From Schmidtea nova (Eukaryota), in the NCBI GenBank assembly GCA_044892505.1, contig CM097884.1, forward strand, positions 106,702,001-106,766,000: DNA of 64,000 nucleotides, written 5' to 3'. A program made the translations under genes and the position numbers. The notes below the pieces were generated by a model, which saw only the letters and a program-made list of their open reading frames with translations, was not told the DNA's origin and searched no databases. Every line of letters starts with the position of its first letter. Position 1 is the first letter of the stretch. This document shows positions 60,630 to 64,000 of this stretch, one piece after another.

Positions 60630-62400
60630 TTTAAAGTAGGGGGATGCGAGCTTCCCGATTCCCCATGAGTTATCGCTCACACGAGCCTTCCTCCCCCATA
60701 AAATCTTTTTTGTTATAATTTTTGATCATTTTTTTTGTTTTTTTCGCATTTTAGCACTGTGAAAATAAGATTTTTCAAATTTCCTCAACGCTGCACATTT
60801 TTTTGTGTTGGAAAACTTTTAATAGGATGCGAGGAAGTCGTCGAAAGAATGTGAACCCCCAAGCACAGGATGAGTTATCACGCATTGAAAATGATAATAA
60901 TAATTGATGGGCAAAAACTAGGAGTTGTTTGAATGAAGCGGTAACACAGCAATTAGAGAGCGCACAAGAAGTTAATTTAAAATTCTTTGAGCCAAAACAT
61001 CAAGTAAAACAAAATAATCACAAAACACCGAAATAATTAAATAAAACACGTCTAAAAATTAAAATAAACAAAAGCGCATTAAGTGTACACGTGAAAAACA
61101 CATATAACATAAAAACATCAATTATGTAACGAAATTACAAATTTATACAAATTAAAATATTTTTGGAAGGAAAATTTCGATTTTTACTCTGAAAATTCAT
61201 AAAAATATGGAAAAAAATTATTTTAGTTAAAATTTGACAAATTAAACTAAATTAGGAAAAAACTTTAATTCAAAAGTAAAATTTTGGATTAAAATTAAAT
61301 TATTTAAAGTTTTATTAAAATTTTATGCAAAAATTATAATTCAATTTTGCTTAAAATTATAAAAATTAATTTTGAAAGAATCGAAAATTCCTTCTGAAAC
61401 AATTTGTTTTAATACATCAATGTAAAAAACGCGCAGAAAATTATATAAAACCGCCATCAAAATGGAAGTCATACAGAATTTGCTCAGGATTTTCGGAAAT
61501 TTTGTTGCTAAAAATTTTAAAAGCGTTTTAACAGGAAAATTTTAAGAGAGAACTGTGTTTGAAAACCTTTGAGAGATTTCTCCGAAAGCGAACCCCTCGA
61601 AAGATTTCCAGAAACCGCATCCGAACCAAGCGGAGAAGCCATACGATTATGTAAGAATCTTGAATTTTATGTTATTTAGGCTAGCAAATCATGTCGTTGT
61701 TACCCTGCCGTAGGTATTTTAATTGACATTTCTATTGGAATATTGGTAATATGTTATTATACGATGTAATATGTTATTCATGATTTTGTTTTTTGAAATT
61801 ATAATTTTTCTATTTAAATTTTCATTTTAATTTTGTCATATTTTCTCATAAACTGATATCATTTTATTGTTATTTATTTATCATATGTATATCTATATTT
61901 TTTCTCATCAAAACCACTTCCATACATTCTGACATAAGTCTGGCCTCAAGCTGTACTGATGAAAGTACCCAAAGTGGATCGCTGATCGGTTAGTTACTGG
62001 TCAGCCAATATTTCCGCTATAGGCGAAGCCCACATATCCATGATCACTTCATTCCATATTGGGGAACAGTTGCTTGGCCAAGGGCAAGGGTTTTTAAAAT
62101 TAATTTAACGTCTAGAATCCTATAACATTTTTATTGAAGTGCGATTCGGTATTCGAAGACACAGATGATTATTTTATTTATAGTATGGTATTTATATTTA
62201 TTTATATTCAATTTACATAACTCTTATAACTACATAAAATTTTGGACATAATAGAAATAAATCGAAAGTATGCATCCATCTCGTAAATCGCCTGCGCTCA
62301 ATGAACTTCGCCTTTACCTCACTATTAAAGAGTTCGCAAAGTCGATTAGAAAGTCAAACGTATAAAAGCTCGTAAATGACCACTCCAAGAGTAGTAAAAA
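60630..62400 (+). repeat. Long dispersed repeat (family C), second copy
   Basis: Collinear with 19690-22900 and lacks the pogo insertion. Confidence 0.6.
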
Positions 62401-62789
62401 TGTTAGATTGAATTATGCTTACAGATTATGCTCAATAATATTCCGTTGAATTTTTAATCTAAATCGCAAATATTACGGATATAAACTTCTAAACGTTGTA
62501 TCTAGAATTGTGAGATCGCCAAAGGAACCGTCTTGGAATTTTATATATATTTTATTTTGAAAGTGCATATATGCTTGAACTAAATTTTGTAAAAATTAAA
62601 ATTTACTTTTAAAGATTATGTAAAAATTAAAATTTAAAAATTAAAAATCAAAAATGTTTTAACAGCTATAAATAAAGTAATATTCGTTGTAGACGTCGCA
62701 AATCGATCGATTTAATACCCGATCTGACGGAAGGGCTCGAGAAATACAGCCGCGAACAAATTTTACAGTACCTGAAACTTAGACACTAC

Positions 62790-63225
62790 TGTGACATATG
62801 ATTTTTATAGTTTTATAGTGTTTATTGATTTGCTGTGTATTTTAAATGGATCATTACGTAAATTTGTTAGTGTTTTAATGTTTGGAATGATTCCTTTTAA
62901 TGCAATAATAAATTTATATTGATGTAGATTATTTATTTTGAATTTCCGATTAAAATCTTATCGAATGTTTATAGATAAATAGTTGAAGTAGGAACTCAAT
63001 GGGCGTGAAACTTTCTATCAGTAGCCCTTGGACCCAGGAGATATTCGGTCAATAGCAGTTTCGAATTTTTCAACACTCATTGATTGCGAATACACACCCA
63101 TTTGTTGTATTACCAATGTTACATTGTGACGGGCAACAAGATGACTAAACTAATATTTTATGTGTTGAGTTGCTGATGTAAGCCATAACAACGTCAAAGT
63201 AATATTGACGGTCAACAACCCACCA
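62790..63225 (-). repeat. Dispersed repeat (family B), second copy
   Basis: Matches 29760-30150. Confidence 0.7.
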
Positions 63226-63429
63226 TATAAAAATTTGGGGGCTCAGCCGGAATTATTAGTTGTTTTGCGTGGGAAAAATCGAAAAATGATGAGAACGAGT
63301 TCGCTCGGGATTTAATTAGTTGTTTTTGTTGGGAAAAATGAAAATTCGAGAGAAAAGTGGGATTTAACTAATTTTACATGGAAAAAGAGGCAAACTTTGA
63401 AAATTCTTAATAAAATAGAACGAAAACTA

Positions 63430-63584
63430 NNNNNNNNNNNNNNNNNNNNNNNNNNNNNNNNNNNNNNNNNNNNNNNNNNNNNNNNNNNNNNNNNNNNNNN
63501 NNNNNNNNNNNNNNNNNNNNNNNNNNNNNNNNNNNNNNNNNNNNNNNNNNNNNNNNNNNNNNNNNNNNNNNNNNNNNNNNNNNN
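63430..63584. other. Assembly gap (N run)
   Basis: Run of n characters. Confidence 1.
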
Positions 63585-64000
63585 ACTTCAAAATACGATT
63601 CCTCCAAAATGGAAACCCTGAAGAATTTGTAAAAAAAATACTTCCTTAACGAACCATACCACAATAAACGCAACAATAAGAAACGCCAGAAACACAATAA
63701 CAATAGCAAACACACAACATATCTAAGATTACCTTTCTAAAATGACACTAAAATCAATAAAATCACCAAGATTTTTAACCAAGCAGATTTGCCTATCCAC
63801 ATTCGTCCTACTTTCATAACCTCCGCACCGTTAAAATCACAACTCCGAAAGCCACCAATTTTCAACATCTGCAAACATAAATGTCGTTGCCGTTTCACAA
63901 CCCGATGCTTTTGCTTTTCAAAAAATATAATATATAAACTTTCTTGTCAAAAATGTGACGCTACTTACACAGGAGAAACACATAGAACTTTTCGCACCTG
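63585..64000 (+). mobile_element. Penelope-like element fragment (RT thumb/linker to GIY-YIG), running off the window
   Basis: FLQNGNP..F, YLRLPF*, KNIIYKLSCQKCDATYTGET. Confidence 0.85.

Overview
AT-rich eukaryotic scaffold, almost entirely transposon-derived. An invertebrate source, probably a planarian-type flatworm, is an inference from the ~46-48-nt introns and the TE repertoire. Only two host genes are evident: an RRM protein (~30.7-31.3 kb) and an intronless GT31 beta-1,3-glycosyltransferase (57.7-58.8 kb). The centrepiece is a young 13.8-kb Ty3/Gypsy element (36704-50469, minus strand) with 1138-bp LTRs that look identical, a CTCA TSD, a PBS and a PPT, inserted in a Tc1 transposon. 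Its single ~3000-aa polyprotein runs Gag / RD-rich / Zn-knuckle / ubiquitin-like / AT-hook / Bcl-2-like / internal signal / chuvirus-like glycoprotein / TM / PR-RT-RH-IN / second signal / FN3 ectodomain, with a TM and PDZ-motif tail behind one TAA. The envelope therefore sits between Gag and Pol. A second ORF carries a catalytically degenerate REX4/ISG20-like DEDDh exonuclease fold and an acidic region and runs into the 3' LTR. Also present: a compact Gypsy with 121-bp AGT...ACT LTRs whose gag starts inside the LTR, an inverted pair of Penelope-type minimal hammerhead ribozymes, a Helitron, pogo, hAT, piggyBac, Bel/Pao and Penelope remnants, four related solo LTRs, a histone H4 pseudogene, satellites and an assembly gap. 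All domain calls come from visual motif recognition, not database searches.
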